This document shows positions 33,652 to 43,968 of a stretch of DNA of 64,000 nt, one piece after another; the stretch's first letter is position 1, and each line of letters begins with the position of its first letter. Under the pieces are notes generated by a model, which was not told the DNA's origin, did no database searches, and was given only the letters and a program-made list of their open reading frames with translations. A program made the translations under genes and the position numbers. The stretch spans positions 192,001-256,000 of the forward strand of contig CAWBKP010000011.1 of NCBI GenBank assembly GCA_963789395.1, in the 5' to 3' direction. This DNA comes from an uncultured delta proteobacterium (GTDB lineage Bacteria > Desulfobacterota > Desulfobacteria > Desulfobacterales > Desulfatirhabdiaceae).

Positions 33652-34011
33652 AGTGAATTCCAGCCTTTCCTCTTTTTGAATTTGGGTCAGCCATATATCA
33701 GCCGGCAACCGTGAATGCTTCCATTCAGAGATCAGCCATCCTCCCTGATAATTTCTTTCAAACCTAGTATATTTCACTAGTTTACAATCACCTGGCGACT
33801 TCGTATAGTTTTAAAAAATAATAAAGACATGGCGGATATCGATTCAACATCCATGACGATCAGGGGTTCACAGGCTACCGCTATAATAAGCTGGACCTTT
33901 CCCGTTTGAAAACGGCGTCACGCTTGAGGTGGATTTGGACTGCCAGGCGGTCCCGACATCGGTAGATAAATTCTAGTCTACCGATCCGGAATTTTTCGAT
34001 AGAGGAGAGAC

Positions 34012-34422
34012 ATGCGATGCAACCTTGTAATTCTTGCTGACCAGAATCCCGGCTTTCTCGAAGGCGTTCGCAGGATGCTTGAAACAGTGGCGGAATCGGT
34101 ACTGATGGTGTCAGATGAATCTTCGATGATGCAAGCCGTGAACCGGACATCCCCCGATCTGGTGATTGCAGATCTTTCCCTTCCGGTTTCCGGAGCTGGA
34201 AACATCGTTCGGATGATCAAGAATCGTCACCCGGACATCCGGGTCATCGTCCTGAGCATGCATGATGAACGGACAGTGGTGAATACGGTAATGGATTCGG
34301 GTGCCGAAGGGTTCGTTTTGAAACGGCGGGCGGCAGTTGATCTGCTTCCGGCGATAGCCGCCGTCTGCCGGGGGCAAATTTTCGTATCACCGGACATTGT
34401 AACGGAGGCAGTTCTGTCATAG
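34012..34422 (+). CDS. Single-domain response regulator (NarL-type REC, no HTH)
   Basis: VILADQN, PDLVIADLSLP, VLSMH, GAEGFVLK. Confidence 0.8.
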   Translation: MRCNLVILADQNPGFLEGVRRMLETVAESVLMVSDESSMMQAVNRTSPDLVIADLSLPVSGAGNIVRMIKNRHPDIRVIVLSMHDERTVVNTVMDSGAEGFVLKRRAAVDLLPAIAAVCRGQIFVSPDIVTEAVLS

Positions 34423-34518
34423 GTTACATATTATCATGAGAGGAAATACTATCTGTTGCAAATTTACAATTATCAGGCATTTTCAGTCGTCACATCCAAC
34501 AAAAAGGAGAAGAAAATC

Positions 34519-35106
34519 ATGAAAAAAATCAGACTGCACATCGTAAAAACATTCGTTTTGTCAATACTCTGCCTGGGCATTGCCGCCTGCGCGTCAGCTC
34601 CTTTATCACCGTCCGACATAACCGAGCAGCGGGATTCCCTGCGGGATATGGCGAATCAGGCGCTTACCCAGCTTTACAGCAACAATCCTGGTGCACAGAG
34701 CGTGGTGACGACCGCTGCGGGCTATGCGGTCTTCAGCGATTTCGGCTTCAAGCTCATTTACGCGGGCGGCGCCAAGGGCAAGGGTATTGCAGTGAACAAC
34801 GCCACCGGCCAGGAAACCTTCATGAAGATGATGGAGCTCCAGCCCGGACTGGGTCTGGGAGCCGAGAAGTTCTGGGTGGTGTTTGTTTTCGAGACTCCCG
34901 CCGCATTCAATAAATTTGTGACTTCCGGCTGGGAGGCCGGCGCCAATGCCATGGTGGCGGCCATGAGCCAGACACAGGGCGCTGCACTCGCCGGGGCCGT
35001 TTCGGTATCGCAGGACGTGTATATGTACCAGCTCACTGAACAAGGGCTTATGGTCGGCATCAGCGTCACGGGCGCCAAGTACTACAGGGATACGGATCTC
35101 AATTAA
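34519..35106 (+). CDS. SYLF/YSC84-related lipoprotein (copy 1)
   Basis: IAAC lipobox; AAGYAVF, GGAKGKG, GLGLGA, GWEAGANA, TGAKYY. Confidence 0.75.
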   Translation: MKKIRLHIVKTFVLSILCLGIAACASAPLSPSDITEQRDSLRDMANQALTQLYSNNPGAQSVVTTAAGYAVFSDFGFKLIYAGGAKGKGIAVNNATGQETFMKMMELQPGLGLGAEKFWVVFVFETPAAFNKFVTSGWEAGANAMVAAMSQTQGAALAGAVSVSQDVYMYQLTEQGLMVGISVTGAKYYRDTDLN

Positions 35107-35211
35107 GATTCAATCGCAAACTTTTTTCGGATGGCGGCGCTGTTCTGCTCTGGTGGTTCGGTGACCAAAAGCCGTTCTCACATCAATTTTAATTATCGAA
35201 AGGAGAAATAC

Positions 35212-35697
35212 ATGAGTACACTGGTAGTTATCGGTTATGACAATGAGTTCAAGGCGGAAGAAGTCCGGTTGACGCTGCGCAAGCTGCAGAAGGATTATTT
35301 AATCGATCTTGAAGATGCGGTGGTGGCGGTAAAGGATGCCAAGGGAAAGGTCAAACTGCACCAGGCGATCAACCTGACCGCGGCCGGGGCTGTCGGCGGC
35401 GGCTTCTGGGGATCGTTGATCGGCCTTATTTTCCTGAATCCGCTCCTCGGGGCAGCGGTCGGCGCCACGGCAGGGGCGGTATCCGGCGCTCTGTCCGACA
35501 TCGGAATCAACGACAAGTTCATGAAGGATCTGGCGGCCAGCCTTAACCCCGGCAGCTCCGCACTGTTTGTCCTGGTGCGCAAGGCCACACCGGACAAAGT
35601 GCTTGAGGAGCTCGAGGGAACCGGAGGCAAGGTGATTAAGACCTCGCTTTCCCATGACGACGAAGCCAAGCTTCAGGCCGCGCTGAGCGGGGCCTGA
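35212..35697 (+). CDS. DUF1269 family membrane protein
   Basis: IDLEDAVV, GAVGGGFWGSLIGLIFLNP, DIGINDKFMK, PGSSALFVL, VIKTSLS. Confidence 0.85.
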   Translation: MSTLVVIGYDNEFKAEEVRLTLRKLQKDYLIDLEDAVVAVKDAKGKVKLHQAINLTAAGAVGGGFWGSLIGLIFLNPLLGAAVGATAGAVSGALSDIGINDKFMKDLAASLNPGSSALFVLVRKATPDKVLEELEGTGGKVIKTSLSHDDEAKLQAALSGA

Positions 35698-35798
35698 AGC
35701 CAATGATTTTCCGCTGACCGGAGACCTGTCTCTTCCAGAACCAGGTCTCCGGCGACGAGAAGGTCGATGTTGCAACACCATAGGAGAAGATACCGGAC

Positions 35799-35999
35799 AT
35801 GACACACCATACGCACAAACATTCGACCGAAAAGCCACAGACCGGCAGGCAACTGCATAAGAGATGGGAGGTCTGGACAGTCGTCGCCTTGATGCTGGCA
35901 GCAATGATGTTCTATGTAGGCAGTATGGATGAATCCGTCTGGCCGAGGGCCTGGCAGGGAAACAAGGTCCCGGCGTCAAAAGCGGCCCCGGCCCGATAG
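35799..35999 (+). CDS. Small hypothetical membrane protein
   Basis: GGAG upstream; single TM (VWTVVALMLAAMMFYV) followed by SMDES. Confidence 0.5.
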   Translation: MTHHTHKHSTEKPQTGRQLHKRWEVWTVVALMLAAMMFYVGSMDESVWPRAWQGNKVPASKAAPAR

Positions 36000-36116
36000 G
36001 TTTGAAGCAAGTTCGGCAGTACAGTGGGCGAATCGCTTAGGGCGCCAGGAGACGGGAAGAACGCACGGCAAAAGCATAAGAGCCGACATGGTTAATACCG
36101 AAGAAGGAGACAGAGT

Positions 36117-38662
36117 ATGAAAAGTCATTCAATCATGAAACGAACCACCATTGGTCTTCTCATCGCTGTTGTCATGCTGGCCATTTCCATGTTCGGCTGC
36201 GCCAATCAGATGGTTCAGCCGTCGACAAGGGATGATGGGGCGTCCACGAGTATGGCTGAGGCAAATACTTCCGCTCCTGCTGAAGCACCATCCGACCCCT
36301 GGCCCCGCGATGTCACAATGAATAATGCCGACGCGCTGATCTACCAGCCGCAGGTCGAATCGTGGACCGGCAACCGGATGGCGTGGCGTGTTGCCGTGGC
36401 CTTGCGCATTGGCGCCAGCAAGGACGAAACCTTCGGCGTTATCAGAGGCACCTCACGCACCGAGGTGGATCGCAGCACGCGCACTGTAACGCTGCGGGAT
36501 ATAGAAGTTGCCTCGATCCATTTCCCCACCCTGCCCGATAGCGGCCTTTCCTATCTGCCGGAAATACAGCGCTCTCTCGATGGTGCGCTGGAGACCATGG
36601 CGCTTGACAGCGTTGAGACCTCGCTTGCCGCCTCTGAAGCAGTGAAGCAGGTAGCCCATGCGGTGAAGAACGATCCGCCGAATATCGTCGTTGCCTACAC
36701 GCCGACGATTCTGCTTCCCATTGACGGTGCGCCGGTGCTCAAACCTTTGCCGGACACGGGGTTCAACCGCGTGATCAACACCAGCGCGATGCTCGTGCGT
36801 TCACAAGCTGACGACAACTGGTATCTGCATCTGTACGATGGCTGGCTGGTCGCCCCATCACTTGACGGACCATGGACGACGACTCTCGTGTCGCAGGAAC
36901 TGATCAATGCCGCACAAAAGCTGGAAAAAAACGGGACCGTCGATTTTATGGATGGTGGGCCAAAGGCCAATCCGCGGCCGACTCTGGCCGATGGCGTGCC
37001 GAAAATCCTTGTCGGAACCGTTCCAACCGAACTGATCGTCTTCAAGGGGCAGCCCAATCTTGTGCCGGTGACCGGCACGCCACTCCTTTGGGCTACCAAC
37101 AGTGCGATTGACGTACTGGTTGACACCAACACCAATGATTATTATGCGCTGATTTCCGGCCGCTGGTTCAAGGCGCAGGGACTTGTTGGCCCGTGGGCAT
37201 TTGCCGCCAGCAATGCCCTGCCGGCTTATTTCAGCCAGATTCCGCCTGAAGGCTCGCCCGCCTCGGTGGTGCTGGCCTCGGTTGCGGGAACGCCTCAGGC
37301 CCAGGAGGCAATCATCGCCAATTCGATTCCGCAGACCGCCAGTGTGTTGATCGTGGGCGGTCCGGACTTCACCCCGGTATTCGATGGTGCGCCGGTATGG
37401 AGACCGATCGATGGCACTTCGCTTGAATATGTCGTCAATACCAGGGCTCCCCTGATCCGTGTCAGCCCTGACAGCTACTATGCGCTCCAGACCGGCGTCT
37501 GGTTCACAGCGACGTCATTGACCGGCCCCTGGGCGGTAGCCACCAGCGTTCCTTTGGCCATCTATTCCATTCCGGTTTCATCGCCCCTGCACTACGTGAC
37601 TTATGTGAGCGTTTACGGCAATACCACCAATGTGGTGTATGTGGGTTACACGCCGGGTTACTTCGGTACGGTGGTCGACACCGGCGGCACGGTGGTCTAT
37701 GGCACCGGCTACGCGTATTCCCCCTGGATCGGTTCGGTCTGGTACGCACCGCCGGTTACATATGGAATCATGGCAACGCCTATTTACAGTCCATACGTGG
37801 GCTTTACCTTTGGGTTTGCCGCCGCTTCCTGGTACCTGCCTTACTGGGGTTATGGCGGCGGGGGATATTACTACCCGGGATGGGGCTACGCCGGCTACGG
37901 TTGGGCCAGCGCCAATGTATACCGCAACTGGGGGACCGGCGTTTCGTGCGGTACCCGTGCCTGGTATGGCAGTGCCAACGGCACCTTCGGCACCTATGGC
38001 TATGGCGGCTATGCCACGGCCCGTGGAACGACCGGCAGCTACAACTTCCAGCGCAGCTACAACCCTTATACGGGGCGAGGTTCGCAGGGGTATAACCGCA
38101 GTTTCAACACTGCAACCGGAACGACCGGAAATGTGTCCCGCAGCGAGGGATTCAACACAGCGACGGGCCAGCGTGCCTACAGCTCCAGCGTATCCGCCAC
38201 CGCTGCCGGAGGCAGTTCGATCGACCGAAATGTCAATGCGACAGCCGGTCCGCAGGGCTACAGCCGCAATGCAAGCACGACCACTTATAACGCGCAGACG
38301 GGTGAAACCAAGACCTGGAACAATGGCGTGCCACAGAACACGCACTATGCCGGAGCCGATGGCAATGTCTACCGCAGCGATGGCAGCGGCGGCTGGCAGC
38401 AATATTCGGCAGCGGCTGGAACAGTGCTGCCGGCAATACCAACTGGGCCGACAACGAACAGCAGGCGCGCAGCCAGGCAAGCCAGCGCACCAGCAGCTGG
38501 AGTGGGGGCGGTGGCCGTTTCGGCGGTGATTTCGGAGGTGGCGGCTTCGGTGGGGACTTTGGCGGCGGCGGTTTCGGTGGTGGCAGTTTCTCCGACCGTT
38601 TTGGCGGTGGCGGTTTTGGTGGTAGAGGTTTTGGTGGGGGCGGTTTTGGAGGACGGCGCTGA
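36117..38662 (+). CDS. Large lipoprotein with Tyr/Gly-rich region and Gly/Phe/Arg-rich tail; frameshift ~38408
   Basis: Lipobox MFGC; WPR...IYQPQ, YALISGRWF, IYSIPVSSPLHYVTYV, GYTPGY; the alternative frame ends GGGFGGRR at 38662. Confidence 0.75.
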
Positions 38663-38804
38663 GCCTTCGTTGGTTCAAGGATTAAACCATGCGGATATCA
38701 TGTGTTGCCAGCGTAATGGTGCCTCTGGTCAAGTCGGACATGACAAAAAATCAGGCAGATCCTGAAATGGAAATGCGTGTGAAGCCACAGAGGCGACAAA
38801 CATA

Positions 38805-39452
38805 ATGACCAATTTATTTGTTTATACAAAAATTATTTCAATGATTTTCGCAGCGCTCTTCCCGGTAGTCAATCCAATCGGGACCGCCCTTATCCTTTAC
38901 GGGATGACCAGAGGGGTTGACAATCAAACCTGGAAATCGATATCGAGAAAAATTGCACTGTATTCATTTCTTTTATTGTCTTTTTTCTTTTTTTTCGGCG
39001 GTTACATTCTCAAGCTATTTGGAATTTCCATCCCGGTTGTTCAACTCTCGGGAGGAATTACATTGGCAATGATGGGATGGGGACTTTTGAACCAAAAGGA
39101 GACATCCACTCCTGCATCCGAAGCGGGTAGTCCGCGCTCCCTAATTGAGCTAAAAACTTTTTATCCCTTTACCTTTCCCCTGACAATAGGTCCGGGAGGG
39201 CTGGCAGTTGTTTTGACCTTTAGCGCTCATTTAAACCGTGAGTCCAAGTTCATTCTAACGATGGAACAAGTTTCTGCGATCATTGGAATATTCTTGATAT
39301 GTGTAACTGTCTCTTTTTGCTACCGCAATCTTAATTTTATGACCGAGAAATTTTCAGCTGCTGCCGCTTTGGCGATATCGAAAATTCTTGCCTTTTTTGT
39401 GCTTTGCATTGGTGTTGAGATAGCCTGGGCAGGCATTAAGGCTCTTAAATAA
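38805..39452 (+). CDS. MarC family integral membrane protein
   Basis: LFPVVNPIG, FGISIP..QLSGG, FYPFTFPLTIGPG, LCIGVEI. Confidence 0.85.
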   Translation: MTNLFVYTKIISMIFAALFPVVNPIGTALILYGMTRGVDNQTWKSISRKIALYSFLLLSFFFFFGGYILKLFGISIPVVQLSGGITLAMMGWGLLNQKETSTPASEAGSPRSLIELKTFYPFTFPLTIGPGGLAVVLTFSAHLNRESKFILTMEQVSAIIGIFLICVTVSFCYRNLNFMTEKFSAAAALAISKILAFFVLCIGVEIAWAGIKALK

Positions 39453-39619
39453 AGTTGATCATCAAGCCGCAATCATGGACAAACCTAGCGGCAGGAGCAA
39501 AAAATGACAAGGACGAGTCCGTCCGGTGGCTACGCAAGCATCCTTCAACTTCAGGTCGACGTTTTTAAATCCAATATCATGTCTCAATTTTTCTAAAATA
39601 TGAGGAAAGGAGTTTGGTT

Positions 39620-39961
39620 ATGAAAAAGTTCTGTGTACTTCTGGCTCTTATTACCCTACTGACCGTGACGGGATGCGCCACCCAGGCCCAGTTTCTTAAC
39701 ACCAAACAGCCGATGGCAACGGAGACGGTTTTGAATCGGGCGCGATTCGAGATGAACTGCCCGACGGCGACCGCCACCATCATATCTCAGGAAGTCATCC
39801 AGCCCGCTCTCCAGGGGCCCTGGGTAAATGGGATTCAACGGGCCGAATATACTGTAGGGGTGGCCGGTTGCGGACAGCGTCACACCTATGTGGTGATCTG
39901 CCCGGATGGCGGTGATGGCTGCTATGCCGCAGGACCTGGTCCATTTCATTCAGGTTTTTAA
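39620..39961 (+). CDS. Hypothetical Cys-containing lipoprotein
   Basis: VTGC lipobox; RARFEMNC, VGVAGCGQR..YVVIC. Confidence 0.7.
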   Translation: MKKFCVLLALITLLTVTGCATQAQFLNTKQPMATETVLNRARFEMNCPTATATIISQEVIQPALQGPWVNGIQRAEYTVGVAGCGQRHTYVVICPDGGDGCYAAGPGPFHSGF

Positions 39962-40018
39962 GATAAACGAATTTGATACCCATTAAAGAAAACACTAACA
40001 AAAAAGGAATCGAAGACA

Positions 40019-40605
40019 ATGAATTTAAACACTATGCGTATCCTAAAAGCATTGGCAATTGCAATACTCTGTTTAGGCATTGCGGCCTGCGCGACGACCC
40101 CATTACACCGTCCGATAAAGCAGAGCAGCAAGATTCCCTGCGCAATATGGCAAACCAGGCGCTTACCCAGCTTTACAGTAACAACCCCGGCGCCCAGAGC
40201 GTAGTGACCACAGCGTCCGGCTATGCGGTGTTCAGTGACATCGGATTCAAGCTCATCTATGCGGGCGGCTCCAAGGGCAAGGGCATTGCGGTGAACAACG
40301 CCACCGGCCAGGAAACCTTCATGAAGATGATGGAACTCCAGCCCGGCCTTGGTCTGGGAGCCGAGAAGTTCTGGCTGGTGTTTGTTTTCGAGACTCCAGC
40401 CGCGTTCAATAATTTTGTAACTTCCGGCTGGGAGGCAGGCGCCAATGCCATGCTGGCCGCCAAGAGCCAGACCAGGGGCGGCGCGATAGCAGGAGCCGTT
40501 ACGGTAGCGCAGGACGTGTATCTGTACCAGCTCACTGAAAAAGGGCTTATGGTCGGGATCAGTGTCACGGGCGCCAAGTACTCCAGGGATGAGGAACTCA
40601 ATTAA
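40019..40605 (+). CDS. SYLF/YSC84-related lipoprotein (copy 2); frameshift ~40100
   Basis: Close paralog of 34519-35106, including the identical peptide GKGIAVNNATGQETFMKMMELQPGLGLGAEKFW. Confidence 0.75.
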
Positions 40606-40746
40606 AATGCAAGCACATAGCGGGAACGAGCATATAATCATAAGTTATTTTGCAAATAGCTATGATATCATAGATGATTTGGAATGTTTATCGTGATCAA
40701 AGAGGAGAGGCAGGCAAACTCTAATAACTTCTGTAAGGAGAAATCC

Positions 40747-43218
40747 ATGAAGCCAATCAGACCAATTCTATTATGCGGAATGTTCGTGATCGCGGTCATA
40801 GCGACCGCGACTTTGTCGAAAGCACAAGTGCAAACCACCGGCGTTCCGGGTTCTGCCGACGCCACAACAACCATCAGCGGCAAGCAGCTTCCGCCGCCGG
40901 ACCCGCCTTTCGGAGGTGTGATAAAGGAGAAAGCTACGGAGTCGAAAGCCTGGTGGCCGCCACGTATTGTGCCGCCTAAGGACGCCCCCAATGTGCTGCT
41001 CATCATGACCGACGACGACGGCTTCGGCGCGCCGAGCACGTTCGGCGGCGTCATCCCTACCCCGGCCCTGGACCGCATCGCCAAGAGCGGGCTGCGCTAC
41101 ACGAATTTTCACTCCACCTCGCTCTGCTCACCGACACGGGCGGCGATCATCACGGGACGCAACCATCACTCGGTGGGCTTTGGCGTGGTAGGCGAAATTG
41201 CGACCGGGTTCCCGGGTTATGACTCGATCATCCCGATCGAGAAGGGCACCGTCGGCACCATCCTGAAGGGAAACGGATACGCGACCTCGTGGTTCGGCAA
41301 GGACCACAACACCCCGTTCTACGAGAACAGCCAGGCCGGGCCGTTCAGTCAATGGCCGAACGGGATGGGATTCGAATATTTCTACGGGTTCGTCGGCGGT
41401 GACGCCAGCCAGTGGCAGCCGAACCTGTTCCGCAATACGACGGCCATCTATCCTTTCGAGGGCAATCCGGGCTGGAACCTGACCACGGCCATGGCAGACG
41501 AGGCCATCCAGTACATGAAGCAGCTCAAGGAGCTTGCGCCCCAAAAGCCGTTCTTCGTCTATTACGTTCCGGGCGGCACACACGCGCCGCATCATCCGAC
41601 CCCGGAGTGGATCAAAAAGATCAGCGACATGCATCTCTTCGACAATGGCTGGGAAAAACTGCGTGATACCATCTTCGCCAACCAGAAGCGCCTGGGAATC
41701 ATGCCCGAGAACGCGCAACTGACCCCATGGCCGGACGGACAGGAAACGTTCGGCGGCGCCAAGCTTCCCCGGTGGGATTCTCTCAGCTTCGAGCAGAAGA
41801 AGCTTTTCATCAAGCAGGCGGACATTTACGGGGCCTACCAGGCATACACGGATCATGAAATCGGCCGCGTCATTCAGGCCGTCGAAGACCTCGGGCAGCT
41901 CGACAACACCCTGATCATCTACATCAGCGGCGACAACGGCGCCAGCGCCGAAGGCATGCTCAACGGCACACCAAACGAATTCACCACATTCAACGGCATC
42001 GAGGTGCCGGTCAAGGACCAGTTCCTCTGGTACGAGTTCTGGGGATCGGACAAAACATTCCCGCACTTTGCGGCGCCCTGGGCATGGGCGTTTGACACGC
42101 CTTTCAAGTGGATGAAGCAGGTGCCGTCGCATTTCGGCGGGACGGCTCAGGGCATGGCCATATCCTGGCCGGGCCACATCAGCGACCCGGGCGGCATCCG
42201 CCGCCAGTTCCACCACGTCATCGACGTCGTGCCGACCATCTTAGAAGCGGTCGGCATCCCGGCGCCCGACACAATCGACGGCATAAAGCAGCTTCCCATC
42301 GAAGGCGTGAGCATGGCGTACACGTGGGACAAGGCCAACGCCAACGCGCCGACCCGGCACACAACGCAATACTTTGAGATGCTCGGCAACCGCGCCATCT
42401 ACCACGACGGGTGGGTGGCGTGCACGACCCCGGTGACGCTGCCCTGGGAGCTGAGTTCCAAGACGCCGCCGGATGTGATGACCGGGTATAAATGGGAACT
42501 CTACAACGTCATGGAGGATCCCACGCAGAACAACGACCTGGCCGCCAAGATGCCGGACAAGCTCAAGCAAATGCAGAACATCTTTTACGTCGAGGCGGCA
42601 AAGTACAATGTGCTGCCGCTCGACAACACGACACTCGCCCGCTGGAACTCGCCGAAGCCGAGCCTGAAGGCGGGACGAACGGTCTTTACGTATTCGGGCG
42701 GATTGACGGGCGTGCCCGGCAGCACGGCCCCCGATATCCTGAACAAGTCCTACACCATCACCGCCGAGGTCGAGATCCCGGAAGGCGGCGCGGAAGGCAT
42801 GATCGCCACCCAGGGCGGGCGCTTCGGCGGCTATGGGCTTTTCCTGAGCAAGGGCGAATTGGGAATCGATCGGGGCAAACCGGTGTTCCTCTACAACCTG
42901 CTGGACTTGAAGCGCACGGTGTGGGCAGGGCCTGAGCTGGGCGCCGGCAAGCACACCATCGTCTTTGACTTCAAGTCCGATGGCCCCGGCCTGGCAAAGG
43001 GAGGGACCGGCGTGCTCTTTGTTGATGGCAAGGAAGTGGCCAGGAATTCCATGGAACACACGACCCCGATCACGTTCCCGGAGGACGAAACCTTCGACGT
43101 CGGGCAGGATACACGCACCGGCGTTGCGATGATCGAGTATCGCTACGATGTCCCGTTCAAGTTCACCGGCAAGATCGACAAGCTGACCTACAAGCTTGAA
43201 CCCTTCAAGCCGGAGTAA
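40747..43218 (+). CDS. Arylsulfatase (Cys-type, formylglycine-dependent), copy 1
   Basis: [38 protein letters not shown]. Confidence 0.95.
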   Translation: MKPIRPILLCGMFVIAVIATATLSKAQVQTTGVPGSADATTTISGKQLPPPDPPFGGVIKEKATESKAWWPPRIVPPKDAPNVLLIMTDDDGFGAPSTFGGVIPTPALDRIAKSGLRYTNFHSTSLCSPTRAAIITGRNHHSVGFGVVGEIATGFPGYDSIIPIEKGTVGTILKGNGYATSWFGKDHNTPFYENSQAGPFSQWPNGMGFEYFYGFVGGDASQWQPNLFRNTTAIYPFEGNPGWNLTTAMADEAIQYMKQLKELAPQKPFFVYYVPGGTHAPHHPTPEWIKKISDMHLFDNGWEKLRDTIFANQKRLGIMPENAQLTPWPDGQETFGGAKLPRWDSLSFEQKKLFIKQADIYGAYQAYTDHEIGRVIQAVEDLGQLDNTLIIYISGDNGASAEGMLNGTPNEFTTFNGIEVPVKDQFLWYEFWGSDKTFPHFAAPWAWAFDTPFKWMKQVPSHFGGTAQGMAISWPGHISDPGGIRRQFHHVIDVVPTILEAVGIPAPDTIDGIKQLPIEGVSMAYTWDKANANAPTRHTTQYFEMLGNRAIYHDGWVACTTPVTLPWELSSKTPPDVMTGYKWELYNVMEDPTQNNDLAAKMPDKLKQMQNIFYVEAAKYNVLPLDNTTLARWNSPKPSLKAGRTVFTYSGGLTGVPGSTAPDILNKSYTITAEVEIPEGGAEGMIATQGGRFGGYGLFLSKGELGIDRGKPVFLYNLLDLKRTVWAGPELGAGKHTIVFDFKSDGPGLAKGGTGVLFVDGKEVARNSMEHTTPITFPEDETFDVGQDTRTGVAMIEYRYDVPFKFTGKIDKLTYKLEPFKPE

Positions 43219-43360
43219 ACGCACCGAGGCAGGGGGCGCCTGATCGCTTCTGGACGGAGGCGCCCCATCGGCGACAGGAGAGTTTGAACATGCTGAGAAC
43301 CACTACCCGCTTACAGCCATTGCGAATCGGATCTGGGGCGCGAAAGGAATATTAAACGAC

Positions 43361-43702
43361 ATGATGAATAAGGCTCTTGTTTTTGCTGCAGTCAGTGAAG
43401 CCGCGACCGGTTTGGCGCTGCTGATCGTTCCATCGCTCGTTGGGCGGTTGCTGCTGGGAGAGGAGTTGACCGGCATCGCCGTGCCTGTCGCACGCGTGGC
43501 GGGCATCGCCCTGATCGCCCTTGGGGTTGCCTGCTGGCCCGGCACGCCGCTGGTCGGCATGTTGACCTACAGCGCGGCCGTCATGCTGTATCTTGCCTAC
43601 CTCGGCTTAGCTGGCGGTTTGGCCGGCATACTGCTGTGGCCGGCTGTCGTCCTGCACGCAATCGTGACGGCACTTTTGACTCGGGACGTATTGGGTTTGT
43701 AA
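43361..43702 (+). CDS. Hypothetical 4-TM membrane protein
   Basis: EAATGLALL..P, LWPAVVLH; hydrophobic throughout. Confidence 0.65.
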   Translation: MMNKALVFAAVSEAATGLALLIVPSLVGRLLLGEELTGIAVPVARVAGIALIALGVACWPGTPLVGMLTYSAAVMLYLAYLGLAGGLAGILLWPAVVLHAIVTALLTRDVLGL

Positions 43703-43723
43703 ACATAAGTTAATTATAACAAC

Positions 43724-43856
43724 TCAGGTATTCAGAAATCAGGAGCCAGAATTCAGAATGGCCCGCATGTTGGCTTTCATCAATTTATTGACTTCTTCAA
43801 TCAAATTTACCGCGTTCCTCATTCTGGCTCCTGAATTCCGACTCCTGAATACCTGA
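43724..43856. repeat. Heptad inverted-repeat element (family B) with possible four-helix-bundle 3' remnant
   Basis: tcaggtattcagaaatcaggagccagaattcagaatg ... cattctggctcctgaattccgactcctgaatacctga. Confidence 0.75.
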
Positions 43857-43968
43857 ATCGAGACAGTTATTTTACAATCCAGTTTGGTATATGATAAGAG
43901 GCTATAATATTTAATCAGATCAGACAGGTGAAGCAGACACCCCCAACCAAAACAGAAAGGAGACATTT

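Noticed and set aside
38805..39452. AT-rich marC as a mobile cassette
   Set aside because: The composition shift is visible, but no convincing terminal repeats or att sites bound it.
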